Assembly: GCA_034421335.1 (NCBI GenBank)
Contig: DAOUKL010000073.1
Coordinates: 13,524 to 77,523 of the forward strand
Source of the DNA: Dehalococcoidia bacterium
GTDB taxonomy: Bacteria > Chloroflexota > Dehalococcoidia > Lucifugimonadales > Australimonadaceae
Reading direction: 5' to 3'
DNA length: 64,000 nt
Shown: positions 9,263 through 17,720 of the stretch, piece after piece
Layout: every line of letters starts with the position of its first letter
Numbering within the stretch: position 1 is the first letter of the stretch
Translations under genes and position numbers: made by a program
The notes under the pieces: generated by a model
Told to the model about the DNA's origin: nothing
Seen by the model: only the letters and a program-made list of their open reading frames with translations
Database searches by the model: none

Positions 9263-9517
9263 TCTCTCCCTCCAAGGGAACCTTGTCCCGAAGGGCAGGG
9301 AGGGCGCCCCAGCCCCCTCCTCCAAAGTCGGGGGTGGGGCTGGGGTGGGGCTTGCGCGCGCAAAGCGCGCCCCTCCGTCATTCCTGCGAAAGCAGGAATC
9401 TCGCCTCCTGCCTCCCCCCGAGGGGAGATGCCCGAAGGCAGAGAGGGCGCCTCCGTCATTCCCGCGGAGGCGGGAATCCATCCCCCTGGGTTCGTGGTGA
9501 GCCTGTCGAACCACGGG
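9263..9517. repeat. Mosaic cluster of GC-rich hairpin repeat modules (order B,C,A,B,A,D)
   Basis: Contains gtcattcctgcgaaagcaggaatc, ctccccccgaggggagatgcccgaaggcagagaggg, a ccccctcc...tcggggg...ttgcgcgcgcaaagcgcgc module, and ggttcgtggtgagcctgtcgaaccacgg. Confidence 0.9.
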
Positions 9518-9573
9518 GCATTCTCAGGCGTAGGGCGATTATGTAAAGGTCTCGTCCAGGGAAGGACGCCCTC

Positions 9574-10776
9574 TCACCCCAGATCAATCGTCGGCGTCTG
9601 GTGCGCCAGAGCCGTCTCCTGGCGCGTCCGCGACGACTCCAGCATGGCGAGGCACACTTCCATCGTCGCCTTCGCCCACCGCCCGTGATGCACGACCGGA
9701 CGCCCCTCCGAGACCGCGTAGTACACCTCGTCGATGACGGCCCCGCGGCCCTGTACGCCGCGCCACGGGTCGGGCTCGATGAGCCTGAAACCGTCCGTCG
9801 TGTACGCCCCCACGCCCTCCGGCAGCATCCGAAGGTCGGCGCCCTCGCAGGCGACGATGAACGCGCCGAGTTCACCCTGCAGCAGCGACGGCGCGCCCTG
9901 GCTCGCGCGCTCGCGGGCCACGGACCGCTCACCGCCATAGCCCGTGCTGATGCGCATCGACGTCTCTTCCTCGGCGGAGCGAGCCGCGCGCAGCGCCCGG
10001 CGCGTCGCTCCGTACCGCTCAGCCTCTTTCGGGCCTCGTCCGCCGCTCAGTTCCGAAGAGTCGAAGTGGTCGTACCCACTGTAGGAGAGCGTCGCCACGG
10101 CGCCGTTCTCGAAATCGAGGAAGGCAGTGTAGGCGCCCTCCGTATGCCGCTGCGAGTCGAGGTCCAGCGCCGCCGCGCGAACGCTGCGCGCCATGCCGCC
10201 CGCGATGAACCGCGCCGCGTCCACCTGGTGCGGGACCTGGTTATACATGATGCCCCCGCCAAGCGCGGTGACGAGCTCCTCGGGGCGGCGCGGACGGTAC
10301 AGGAAATCCGTGTACGCCGTCGCAGTGATGAACCCCAGCTGGCCGAACGTCTCCTCGACGACCAGACGCCGCATCTGCTGCACCGTCGGGTTGAAGCTCG
10401 CTGTGTGTCCGACCACCAGGACGACGCCGGCCCGCTCGGCGGCGACGGTCATCCGCTCGCAATCGTCGAGCGTGAGCGCCATGGGCTTCTCCACGATGGC
10501 GTGCTTCCCGTGCGCCGCCGCGAGTTCCAGGTGTTCGGCGTGCAGCTCGTGCGGCGTCGCAATGTACACCGCGTCCACGTCCGCGCTCTTGCACAGCTCC
10601 GCGGCGTCCGAAAACGCCTTCCCCCCGAAGTCCGCCTCGAAGCGGTCGCGGTGCTGCTTGTGGAGGTCAGCCGCCGCCGTCACGCGGATGTCCGGATGCC
10701 TCCCCAGAGCCGACAGCATCCCGCTCCCCGCTCTCCCCAGGCCGATGACTCCGAACCGCAACTCCCGCCCGTCCAT
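9574..10776 (-). CDS. Gfo/Idh/MocA-family NAD(P)-dependent oxidoreductase (Pht4-type dihydrodiol dehydrogenase-like)
   Basis: Rossmann motif FGVIGLGRAGSGM and the AIVEKPMALT (EKP) motif. I moved the start to the ATG at 10776 (GGAGG Shine-Dalgarno), because the 27 upstream codons of the track ORF lie in a repeat module. Confidence 0.85.
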   Translation of the reverse strand: MDGRELRFGVIGLGRAGSGMLSALGRHPDIRVTAAADLHKQHRDRFEADFGGKAFSDAAELCKSADVDAVYIATPHELHAEHLELAAAHGKHAIVEKPMALTLDDCERMTVAAERAGVVLVVGHTASFNPTVQQMRRLVVEETFGQLGFITATAYTDFLYRPRRPEELVTALGGGIMYNQVPHQVDAARFIAGGMARSVRAAALDLDSQRHTEGAYTAFLDFENGAVATLSYSGYDHFDSSELSGGRGPKEAERYGATRRALRAARSAEEETSMRISTGYGGERSVARERASQGAPSLLQGELGAFIVACEGADLRMLPEGVGAYTTDGFRLIEPDPWRGVQGRGAVIDEVYYAVSEGRPVVHHGRWAKATMEVCLAMLESSRTRQETALAHQTPTIDLG

Positions 10777-10829
10777 CGCGCCTCCTTCCCTCTCCTTAAC
10801 CCTGCCCCGGAGGGGGAAGGAGTATGAAT

Positions 10830-10965
10830 TCTCCCCCATGGGAAACCCTTCCGTCATTCCCGCGAAGGCGGGAATCCATCCCCCTTGGGTTCGTGGTGAG
10901 CCTGTCGAACCACGGCCAGTTCTGCAAGGCCCCCCATGGGGGAGATGCCCGAAGGGCAGAGAGGG
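10830..10965. repeat. Mosaic hairpin repeat cluster (modules A,D,B)
   Basis: gtcattcccgcgaaggcgggaatccatcc, ggttcgtggtgagcctgtcgaaccacgg, gggggagatgcccgaagggcagagaggg. Confidence 0.9.
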
Positions 10966-12279
10966 CTACGCCGGGCAGTCCGGGTTCCCCGCCGTCACCT
11001 TCCGCCGCTCAACTGTGGAGTCGAACCACGACTCCTCGGAAGGAATGAGCACCGCGTCCGACCGGATGGCGTACGCCTCCGGGACCATCGCCTCATAGGG
11101 CGTTACGCCATTCTCGGCGAACGCCTTGGCTGCCCGGATCAGCCGCCGGCGCATCGAAATGATGCCCAGGTCCGACGTGCCGAGATGCTCCCTGGTGCGG
11201 TCGAATATCTTGCCCATGCTCAGTTGCGGAGCGGCATCCTGCGCCCAGAACTCGGCGATGCCCGAGAACGTCTCGTTCTTCTGCAATTCGCGGCTCTGGT
11301 TGAAGTCGTTCTCGATGGAGAGCGCCGGGCGCCACCGTCCGAACGGGGCGCTGCTGCGGGGAGCCCGGTTCTCTGGCGATATCGTCCACACCCCGGCCCT
11401 AGCCTGCATCGCCTCCCGCTGTTCGCCGGTGAAGGGGCGCGACGGGTGGAACGTCGCCCCGATGACGAACACGTTCTCGTCGTCGATGGGCACCCACGCG
11501 CGCCAGTTTCGCGTGGGGTCGTCCCCGTACGGGCCGGTCATCGTGTGGAACGGCATCAGGTGCTGGCTTATGCGCCAGTACCGCTGGCCGTCCGGCGCCT
11601 CACGGCCCGAGCCGATGCACACTCCGTAGTCGGTCTCCACCACCTGGAAACGCGGATGCGTGTCGTTCATGCGGATGGCGTCGACGCCCGCCCTCGGCGA
11701 GTTTGGGTCGAGATACAGCCGCGAGTGCACGAACGAAACGTGGCTCTGGTCGAGATCGCCCTCCATCCCCTGCACCCAGTTCGAGTACTGCACCCGCTTC
11801 GACGCCACGATGTGCGACTCCGGCAGGTCCAGCCACTCCAGCGCCGGCAGCGGAGGCGGCTCGCTCTTCGGCCCCATGTAAGTCCATATCACGCCCGCCC
11901 GCTCGACGACCGGGTACGACGGCTGCCGCACCTTGCCGTGGAAGTTGCTGTCGGGCGGCTCGCTGGGCATGTCCACGCAATGGCCCTCCACGTCGAACTT
12001 CCAGCCGTGGTAGATGCACCGCAGCCCGTCCTTCTCGTTTCGCCCGAAGTAGAGCGACGCCCCCCGGTGCGGGCATTGCTCGGCTATGAGCCCCGCCCTG
12101 CCCGACGAGTCCCGCACGGCCAGCAGGTCCTCCCCCAGCAGCCGCACTCGCTCCGGCGAGCCGTCCGCCTCGATCTCCCACGAGAAGAGGAACGGGATCC
12201 AGTACTGGCGGATCAACTCCCCCATGGGGGTTCCCGCCCCTACCCTCGTCATCAGTTCGTTGTCCGCAGTACTCAGCAT
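10966..12279 (-). CDS. Rieske non-heme iron oxygenase alpha subunit, phthalate-dioxygenase family (paralogue 2)
   Basis: CPHRGASLYFG...CIYHGWKF; SNWVQGMEGDLDQSHVSFVH. Start set at MLSTADNELMTRVGAGTPMGELIRQYWIP (ATG at 12279); the track ORF runs on to 12396. Confidence 0.9.
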   Translation of the reverse strand: MLSTADNELMTRVGAGTPMGELIRQYWIPFLFSWEIEADGSPERVRLLGEDLLAVRDSSGRAGLIAEQCPHRGASLYFGRNEKDGLRCIYHGWKFDVEGHCVDMPSEPPDSNFHGKVRQPSYPVVERAGVIWTYMGPKSEPPPLPALEWLDLPESHIVASKRVQYSNWVQGMEGDLDQSHVSFVHSRLYLDPNSPRAGVDAIRMNDTHPRFQVVETDYGVCIGSGREAPDGQRYWRISQHLMPFHTMTGPYGDDPTRNWRAWVPIDDENVFVIGATFHPSRPFTGEQREAMQARAGVWTISPENRAPRSSAPFGRWRPALSIENDFNQSRELQKNETFSGIAEFWAQDAAPQLSMGKIFDRTREHLGTSDLGIISMRRRLIRAAKAFAENGVTPYEAMVPEAYAIRSDAVLIPSEESWFDSTVERRKVTAGNPDCPA

Positions 12280-12445
12280 CGCATTCCCCCTTAGGCCAGC
12301 GTTGCCCTTGGCAGTCGGCAGTATAGGCCCGGCGTCCGTCCGGCGAAAGCGGGACTTCACGGCGCCCGGAGGGGGGCCGCAAGCGGGGGAGTTCATAGTA
12401 AAGTTTCACCTGTGCGGGCGACCGGCGCCCGCAAGGAGCACGAAT

Positions 12446-14182
12446 TTGGCGACGGCGACCCAGAACCCCCGCTACGAGGCGAACGAAAGCCCGTCTTGGC
12501 TCACTTCGCTGGGGTTCGGCCTGCAGTTCGCCATGATCGCGTCCGCCACGTTGCTCGTGACGCCGGTCGTCGTCGCTGAAGCGTCGGACCGTGGTGAGCC
12601 GTATGTCACGTGGATGGTGTTCGCCTCGCTGGTGGTCGTGGGGTTGTCCACGCTGCTACAGGTGCGACGCCTGGGGCCGCTGGGGGCGGGCGCGGCGCTC
12701 CCCATGGCCACCGCTCCGTTCGCGATTCCCTTCTGCATCACGGCGGTCGTCGACGGCGGTCCCGCGACGCTCTTAACGCTCTCTCTCGCCTCCGCGGTGT
12801 TCCAGTTGATCATCTCCAGGTGGCTCTTCATCCTCCGAAGGATCGTCACCCCTGTCGTCAGCGGCACGGTGATGATGATCCTGTCGGTTACGCTGGCGTC
12901 CGTCGTGTTCGCCCTGCTGGACGACACGGCTCGCGAGGAGCCGGTGGCCGCTCCCCTCACGGCGCTCGCGACGTTCGCAATCGTTATCGGGCTCATGCTG
13001 CGGGGAAGCGCCTTGTGGCGTTTGTGGGCGCCGGCCATCGGCATAGTCGTCGGATGTGTCGTCGCGGCGGCGTTCGGCATCTACGACCCCGCGAGGATCA
13101 CCGAGTCGACGTGGGCGGGCCTGCCGGCGGAGCGGCCGGCCCTCGGGCTGGATTTCAGCTCGGCGTTCTGGACCCTGCTGCCCGCGTTCCTGTTCATGGG
13201 CGTCATCATCTCCATCCAGGGGGACGGCGAGTCCATCGCGCACCAGCACGTCTCCCGCCGCGAGGCCCGGGCCATCGATTTCCGGGAGGTACAGGGCACG
13301 ATGGCGGGCGCGGGGATGAGCAACATGCTCGCGGGAGTCGCCGGGACCACGCCCAACGTCGTGAACCCCGGCATGGCGTCGTTCATACAGGTTACGGGCG
13401 TCGCGTCGCGTCGCGTGGGCTACTGCATCGGCGCCATCTTCCTCGTCGTCGCCTTCCTTCCCAAGCTCTCCGGCCTCTTCAGCAGCATACCCGGGCCGGT
13501 GATGGCGGGTTACCTCATCTTTATCGTGGGCACCCTGTTCGTCGACGGCGCCCGCACGGTTGTACAGTCGGAGCAGAACCGGCAGCGCCTCACCGCCGCG
13601 GGCGTCTCCTTCTGGTTGGGCGCGGCCTTCCACTTCGACCTCTTCACGCTGCCGAACCTCGGGTCGGTGTGGGGGCCGATGCTGGACAGCGCCATCACCA
13701 CGGGCGGTCTCGCCGTGGTCGTTCTGGTCCTCTTCCTCGAGGTCACCAAGCGGCGGCGGATGCGCTTCGAGTCCGAACTCGACGCCGACGCCCTCCCCGA
13801 CCTCTTCGCGTTCATCGAGCGCTTTGCCGAGAGCCGCCGCTGGAGCGACCCGATGAAGGAGCGCCTCAGCGCCGCCGCCGAGGAGACCCTGCTGACGCTC
13901 GCTCCGCTCGACCTAACCGGCGAGGCCGAGGAGCGCGAGCCGCGACGGCTCGTCGTGCTCGCCTCCAACGAGGGGCCCGTGGCGGAACTGGAATTCATCG
14001 GAGGCACGGACGAGCAAAACCTCGAAGACCGCATCCGGCAGCTCCAGCAGCACAGCGAGGAAATCACGTCGGAGGACGATATGTCGCTCCGCCTGCTGCG
14101 GCGCTACGCCTTGTCGGTGCGGCACCAGCAGTTCCACGGCTCCGACATCATCATGGTGCGCGTCGGCCCTCCCGCGGGGTAG
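12446..14182 (+). CDS. NCS2-family (xanthine/uracil-type) permease with a C-terminal cytoplasmic extension of about 130 aa, paralogue A
   Basis: TTG start at 12446, 6 nt after AAGGAG. TM core motifs IVTPVVSGTVMMILS and TTPNVVNPGMASFIQVTGVASRRVGY...IPGPVMAGY. The N-terminus QNPRYEANE parallels the paralogue's NENIRYEPDE. The upstream part of the track ORF is antisense to the Rieske gene. Confidence 0.75.
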   Translation: MATATQNPRYEANESPSWLTSLGFGLQFAMIASATLLVTPVVVAEASDRGEPYVTWMVFASLVVVGLSTLLQVRRLGPLGAGAALPMATAPFAIPFCITAVVDGGPATLLTLSLASAVFQLIISRWLFILRRIVTPVVSGTVMMILSVTLASVVFALLDDTAREEPVAAPLTALATFAIVIGLMLRGSALWRLWAPAIGIVVGCVVAAAFGIYDPARITESTWAGLPAERPALGLDFSSAFWTLLPAFLFMGVIISIQGDGESIAHQHVSRREARAIDFREVQGTMAGAGMSNMLAGVAGTTPNVVNPGMASFIQVTGVASRRVGYCIGAIFLVVAFLPKLSGLFSSIPGPVMAGYLIFIVGTLFVDGARTVVQSEQNRQRLTAAGVSFWLGAAFHFDLFTLPNLGSVWGPMLDSAITTGGLAVVVLVLFLEVTKRRRMRFESELDADALPDLFAFIERFAESRRWSDPMKERLSAAAEETLLTLAPLDLTGEAEEREPRRLVVLASNEGPVAELEFIGGTDEQNLEDRIRQLQQHSEEITSEDDMSLRLLRRYALSVRHQQFHGSDIIMVRVGPPAG

Positions 14183-14193
14183 CTTCCCCCACC

Positions 14194-14600
14194 TGTCTCC
14201 CCCCGAGGGGGAGATGCCCCGAAGGGGCCGAGAGGGCGCTCCGGCCCCCTCCCCCGAAGTCGGGGGAGGGCTGGGGTGAGGGTTTGCGCGCGTCAGCGCG
14301 CGCTCCGTCATTCCTGCGAAAGCAGGAATCTCGCCTCCATGTCTCCCCTCTTGCCTGTCATTCTGAGCGCAGCGAAGAATCTCGTCCGCTAGGCGCTCCG
14401 GCCCCCTCCCCCGAAGACGGGGGAGGGCTGGGGTGAGGGCGCTCCGTCATTCCTGCGGAAGCAGGAATCTCGCTCCCTGTCTCCCCCCGAGGGGAGGCGC
14501 CCGAAGGGGCAGAGAGGGCGCTCCGGCCCCCTCCCCCGAAGACGGGGGAGGGCTGGGGTGAGGGTTTGCGCGCGTCAGCGCGCACCCCGTCGTTCCCACG
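14194..14600. repeat. Large mosaic hairpin repeat cluster (about 10 modules: B,C,A,E,C,A,B,C and others)
   Basis: Three copies of ccggccccctcccccgaag[ta]cgggggagggctggggtgaggg, two of gtcattcctgcg[ag]aagcaggaatctcgc, and gtcattctgagcgcagcgaagaatctcg. Confidence 0.9.
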
Positions 14601-14670
14601 CCCGCCGTAACCTGCCCCGGCGGGGCGGCGTGCTAGACTCTTCTCCGAAACACTCCCAGGAGGAGACCTC

Positions 14671-15009
14671 ATGACTCAGGAACCCGAGTTCGTCGCCCTC
14701 TGCGGCGTCGACGACGTCAGACCCGGCGAGGCCCGCCACTACCGCCCCACCCAGGGCAAATGGCGCCTCAAGCCCGTCGCCGTCTGGAACGAGAACGGCC
14801 AGTTCCACATCACCAACTACGTCTGCCCCCACAGCGGCGGGCCTCTCAGCGAGGGCGCCATCGAGAACGGCGTCGTCACCTGCCCCTGGCACGCCTGGCA
14901 GTTCGACGTCGCCACCGGCAAGTCCGCCCGCGGTGACGCCCACTCCATCGCCGTCTACGAGTGCAAGGTGGAGGACGGCCAGGTCCTCATCGGCGACGTC
15001 AAGGGCTAG
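14671..15009 (+). CDS. Small Rieske [2Fe-2S] protein (Rieske-type ferredoxin / NirD-like)
   Basis: 112 aa with CPHSGGPLSEG...CPWHAWQFD. A GGAGGAG Shine-Dalgarno lies upstream of the ATG. Confidence 0.8.
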   Translation: MTQEPEFVALCGVDDVRPGEARHYRPTQGKWRLKPVAVWNENGQFHITNYVCPHSGGPLSEGAIENGVVTCPWHAWQFDVATGKSARGDAHSIAVYECKVEDGQVLIGDVKG

Positions 15010-15017
15010 CGCGCCGC

Positions 15018-15434
15018 ATGGGCCGCGTCACGATCTCCCGCCGGTTCGACTTCTCGGCGTCGCACCGCTACTACCGCGACGACTGGAGCGAGCAGGAGAA
15101 CGAGCGCGTCTTCGGCCTCTGCGCCCGGCCCAACGGGCACGGCCACAACTACACCCTCGAGGTCGCCGTCTCCGGCGAGCCGGACCCCGCAACGGGCATG
15201 GTGGTCAACCTCGTCGACCTCAAGTCGGCGGTCGACCGCGTGCTCGCCGGCTTCGACCACAAGCACCTCAACCTCGACACTCCCTGGTTCGCCGACCGCC
15301 AGCCCACCACCGAGAACCTGGCGGTGACGCTCTGGGGACTGATCGACGACGCGCTCGGCGGTGGACGGCTCTCCCACATCCGCCTCTACGAGACCGACGA
15401 CCTGTTCGTCGAGTACGACGGAGGCATGGCGTGA
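15018..15434 (+). CDS. 6-pyruvoyl-tetrahydropterin synthase-like protein (PTPS/QueD superfamily), copy 1
   Basis: RRFDFSASHRYY...CARPNGHGHNYTLEV. The Cys-x5-HGH spacing matches the PTPS motif CxxPNGHGHNY. Start set at the ATG at 15018. Confidence 0.85.
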   Translation: MGRVTISRRFDFSASHRYYRDDWSEQENERVFGLCARPNGHGHNYTLEVAVSGEPDPATGMVVNLVDLKSAVDRVLAGFDHKHLNLDTPWFADRQPTTENLAVTLWGLIDDALGGGRLSHIRLYETDDLFVEYDGGMA

Positions 15435-15868
15435 GCGCCCCCGTCGTACGCCTCTCCCGGCGATACGCCTTCTCGGCGTCGCACCGCCTCTACGCCGACG
15501 CCCTTCCTCCGGAGGAGAACGAGGCCGTCTTCGGCAAGTGCGCCAACCCCAACGGGCACGGCCACAACTACGGCCTCACCGTAACCGTCGCCGGCCCCGT
15601 TGACGCCGACACGGGCTTCGTCATGCCCCTTGCCGAACTCGACGAAACCGTGCGCCGCTGCGTCCTCGACGCCTACGACCACGCCTACCTCAACCTTGAC
15701 GTGGAGGACTACGGCAACCTCGTTCCGACCGGCGAGAACATCGCGCTGATGGTGTGGGAGCGCCTCCGAGTCCCGCTCGGCGGCAAGCTGGCCCGCGTGA
15801 CCATCGACGAGACCCGCAACAACCGCTTCGAATATCCCCCCGTGGGGGAGACGCCCCGGGAGCGCTAG
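15431..15868 (+). CDS. 6-pyruvoyl-tetrahydropterin synthase-like protein, copy 2
   Basis: GTG start overlapping the previous stop (GTGA). RRYAFSASHRLY...CANPNGHGHNYGLTV. It corresponds to the C-terminal part of track ORF 14933..15868. Confidence 0.8.
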   Translation: MSAPVVRLSRRYAFSASHRLYADALPPEENEAVFGKCANPNGHGHNYGLTVTVAGPVDADTGFVMPLAELDETVRRCVLDAYDHAYLNLDVEDYGNLVPTGENIALMVWERLRVPLGGKLARVTIDETRNNRFEYPPVGETPRER

Positions 15869-15871
15869 CCG

Positions 15872-16600
15872 ATGCCCGACCCCACAGCCCTCCTCGCGGG
15901 CAAGACCGCCGTCGTCACCGGCGCGTCCAGCGGCATCGGACGCGCGACCGCCCGCCTCCTCATGGAGTGCGGCGTCCGCGTCGCATTCGTGGGACGCAGC
16001 GAAGAGCGGCTGCGCGCCGCCGCCGACGGCTTTCCCGGCGATCTGTGGGCGCCCATCACGTGCGACGTTCGCAGCGACGAGTCCGTGCGGTCGATGACCG
16101 CCGCCGCGGAGCGGGAACTCGGCCCCGTCGACATCCTGGTTAACTCCGCGGGCGTCTTCAAGGTCGCCGCCCTCACCGACCTCGACAACGACGCCTGGCG
16201 CGAGCTGTGGGAGACGAACGTGAACGGCGCCCTCTTCGCCACGCGCGCCGTGCTCCCCGGAATGCTCGAACGCGGAAGCGGCTACATCGTCGTCGTCTCG
16301 TCGGTCGCCGCACACCGGGGCTACGCCCACATGACCGGCTACGGGGCCACCAAGCACGCCGTAACCGGCTTCGCCCGCGCCCTCACCACCGAAGTCCGCC
16401 GCTCCGGCGTGCGCGTCGTCAACCTCATCGTCGGCCCGGTGAACACCCCCATCTGGGACGGCCTCACGCCGCCCCTCCCTCGCGAGGAGATGCTCACCCC
16501 CGACGAAGTCGCCGCCGCCATTCTCAACGCCATCTCCGTCTCCCCCAGCCAGGTGCTCGAAGACGTTCTCCTCCTCCCCCAGGGCGGTCTCTACTTCTAG
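15872..16600 (+). CDS. Short-chain dehydrogenase/reductase (SDR); sepiapterin-reductase-like role is possible
   Basis: TGASSGIGRATA (TGxxxGxG), NSAG, and the catalytic S...YGATK. Confidence 0.85.
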   Translation: MPDPTALLAGKTAVVTGASSGIGRATARLLMECGVRVAFVGRSEERLRAAADGFPGDLWAPITCDVRSDESVRSMTAAAERELGPVDILVNSAGVFKVAALTDLDNDAWRELWETNVNGALFATRAVLPGMLERGSGYIVVVSSVAAHRGYAHMTGYGATKHAVTGFARALTTEVRRSGVRVVNLIVGPVNTPIWDGLTPPLPREEMLTPDEVAAAILNAISVSPSQVLEDVLLLPQGGLYF

Positions 16601-16611
16601 GGCGCCTTGAC

Positions 16612-16905
16612 CGTTCTCCCCCCGAGGGGGAGATAGCCCGAAGGGGCAGAGAGGGCGGATCCGGCCCCCTCCCCCGAAGACGGGGGAGGGCCGGGGTGAG
16701 GGCTTGCGCGCGTCAGCGCGCCTCCCGTCGCCCGCGGAAGCAGGAATCCCGCCTCCTGTCTCCCCCCGAGGGGGAGATGCCCCGAAGGGGCAGAGAGGGC
16801 GAATCCGGCCCCCTCCCCCGAAGTCGGGGGAGGGCTGGGGTGAGGGCTTGCGCGCGCCAGCGCGCCTCCGTCGCCCGCGAAGGCGGGAATCCATCCCCCT
16901 TGGTT
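16612..16905. repeat. Mosaic hairpin repeat cluster (B,C,A,B,C,A)
   Basis: A two-fold B-C-A module series: ctccccccgagggggagat[ag]gccccgaaggggcagagagggcg..ccggccccctcccccgaag..gcgcgcg[tc]cagcgcgc..gcccgcg[ga]aagc[ag]ggaatcc. Confidence 0.9.
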
Positions 16906-16909
16906 CTCC

Positions 16910-17710
16910 ATGGGCAACGCCCTCCCAAGTGGTACCCTATTCCCAATGCCCTCCCTCGTTGCCGACAGCCTCCGACGCCTCGTTCGCTCTCTCACGCCCC
17001 ACTGGGCGACGCAACGCGCCCACCACCACCCCGAATCGCACCGGGGCGAGGGTTTCGCCCTGCGCGAGTTCGTGTTCGGCGCGAACGACGGCCTCGTCTC
17101 CAACACCGCGCTCGTTGCGGGCATCGCCGGCGGCACGTCCGACCCCGACATCGTCGTGCTCGGCGGCGTCGCCGGCATGGTCGCCGGCGCCCTCTCCATG
17201 GCCCTCGGCGCCTACGTCTCCACCAAGAGCGAGCGCGAGTTCCGTGAGGCCGAGCAGGCCCGCGAGCACTGGGAAGTCGAGCACATGCGCGAGCAGGAAC
17301 TCGCCGAGACCCGGCGCATCTTCCAGCTCAAGGGCATCACCGGGCCTCTCCTCGAAGAGGTGGTCGAGGTCGTCTCGCGCGACCACGACCAGTGGGTGAA
17401 GTTGATGATGCGGGAGGAACTCGGCTTCCCCGAGAGTCCGCCCCATCCCACGTTCTCGGCGATCCTGATGGGCGTCTCGTTCGCGATCGCGGCCTTCTTC
17501 CCCGTCGCGCCTTGGTTCCTGCTCGACGGCGCCCCCGCGCTCTGGTCGACGTTCGGCCTCTCCGGCGTCGCCCTCTTCGGAGTCGGCGCGTGGCGGGCGT
17601 CGCTCACGGAAGGGCGCGTGCTCCGCAAGGGCGCGGAGATGGTCTTGCTCGCCGGCGTAGCCGTCGCCGGCGCCTTCCTCATCGGCAGCGCCCTCGGCGT
17701 CGCCATCTGA
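16910..17710 (+). CDS. VIT1/CCC1-family iron/manganese transporter
   Basis: FGANDGLVSNTALVAGIAGG, a central acidic helical region (EREFREAEQAREHWEVEHMREQELAE), and C-terminal TM helices. Confidence 0.8.
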   Translation: MGNALPSGTLFPMPSLVADSLRRLVRSLTPHWATQRAHHHPESHRGEGFALREFVFGANDGLVSNTALVAGIAGGTSDPDIVVLGGVAGMVAGALSMALGAYVSTKSEREFREAEQAREHWEVEHMREQELAETRRIFQLKGITGPLLEEVVEVVSRDHDQWVKLMMREELGFPESPPHPTFSAILMGVSFAIAAFFPVAPWFLLDGAPALWSTFGLSGVALFGVGAWRASLTEGRVLRKGAEMVLLAGVAVAGAFLIGSALGVAI

Positions 17711-17720
17711 GACGGCGCCG

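Noticed and set aside
9574-10857. N-terminal extensions reading into repeat modules: Gfo/Idh/MocA 10777-10857, Rieske 2 12280-12396, PDO 49847-50050, PBP-fold 53458-53508, Rieske 5 54521-54586
   Set aside because: The extra residues (for example VIPAKAGI, SFLRKQES, PPKSGEGWGEG-type peptides) are translations of the hairpin modules. Better starts with Shine-Dalgarno sequences lie downstream.
12280-12445. Sigma54-like TGGCA..GCA element and weak -35/-10 candidates in the divergent region between Rieske paralogue 2 and the NCS2 permease
   Set aside because: The spacing and the -12 element do not fit the TGGCAC-N5-TTGC consensus. The sigma70 candidates have poor -35 boxes. They are not reportable.
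12610-14436. 608-aa plus-strand ORF in another frame of the NCS2 permease gene
   Set aside because: The permease frame has TM periodicity and family motifs. This frame is Arg/Gly/His-rich and runs on into the repeat cluster.
14194-14600. Possibility that the repeat clusters are CRISPR arrays
   Set aside because: There is no single direct repeat of constant length alternating with unique spacers of constant size. The modules are heterogeneous, occur in both orientations, are individually palindromic and are scattered at about 20 loci. No cas genes are present.
15018-15868. Annotating the two PTPS-superfamily genes as queD (queuosine pathway)
   Set aside because: The Cys-x5-HGH spacing and the PNGHGHNY context match PTPS rather than the QueD Cys-x3-HGH. 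No queC or queE is nearby. The call remains uncertain without a phylogeny.
15386-16894. A group of 490-510-aa ORFs on strands or frames opposite to well-supported genes: 15386..16894 (-), 29050..30552 (-), 39466..40935 (+), 42316..43788 (-), 49331..50833 (+), 51631..53154 (+)
   Set aside because: Each overlaps genes with diagnostic motifs (SDR, CoxE, amidase, terminase, CDP-alcohol transferase, Ino1). Each contains translated repeat modules. They are high-GC shadow ORFs.
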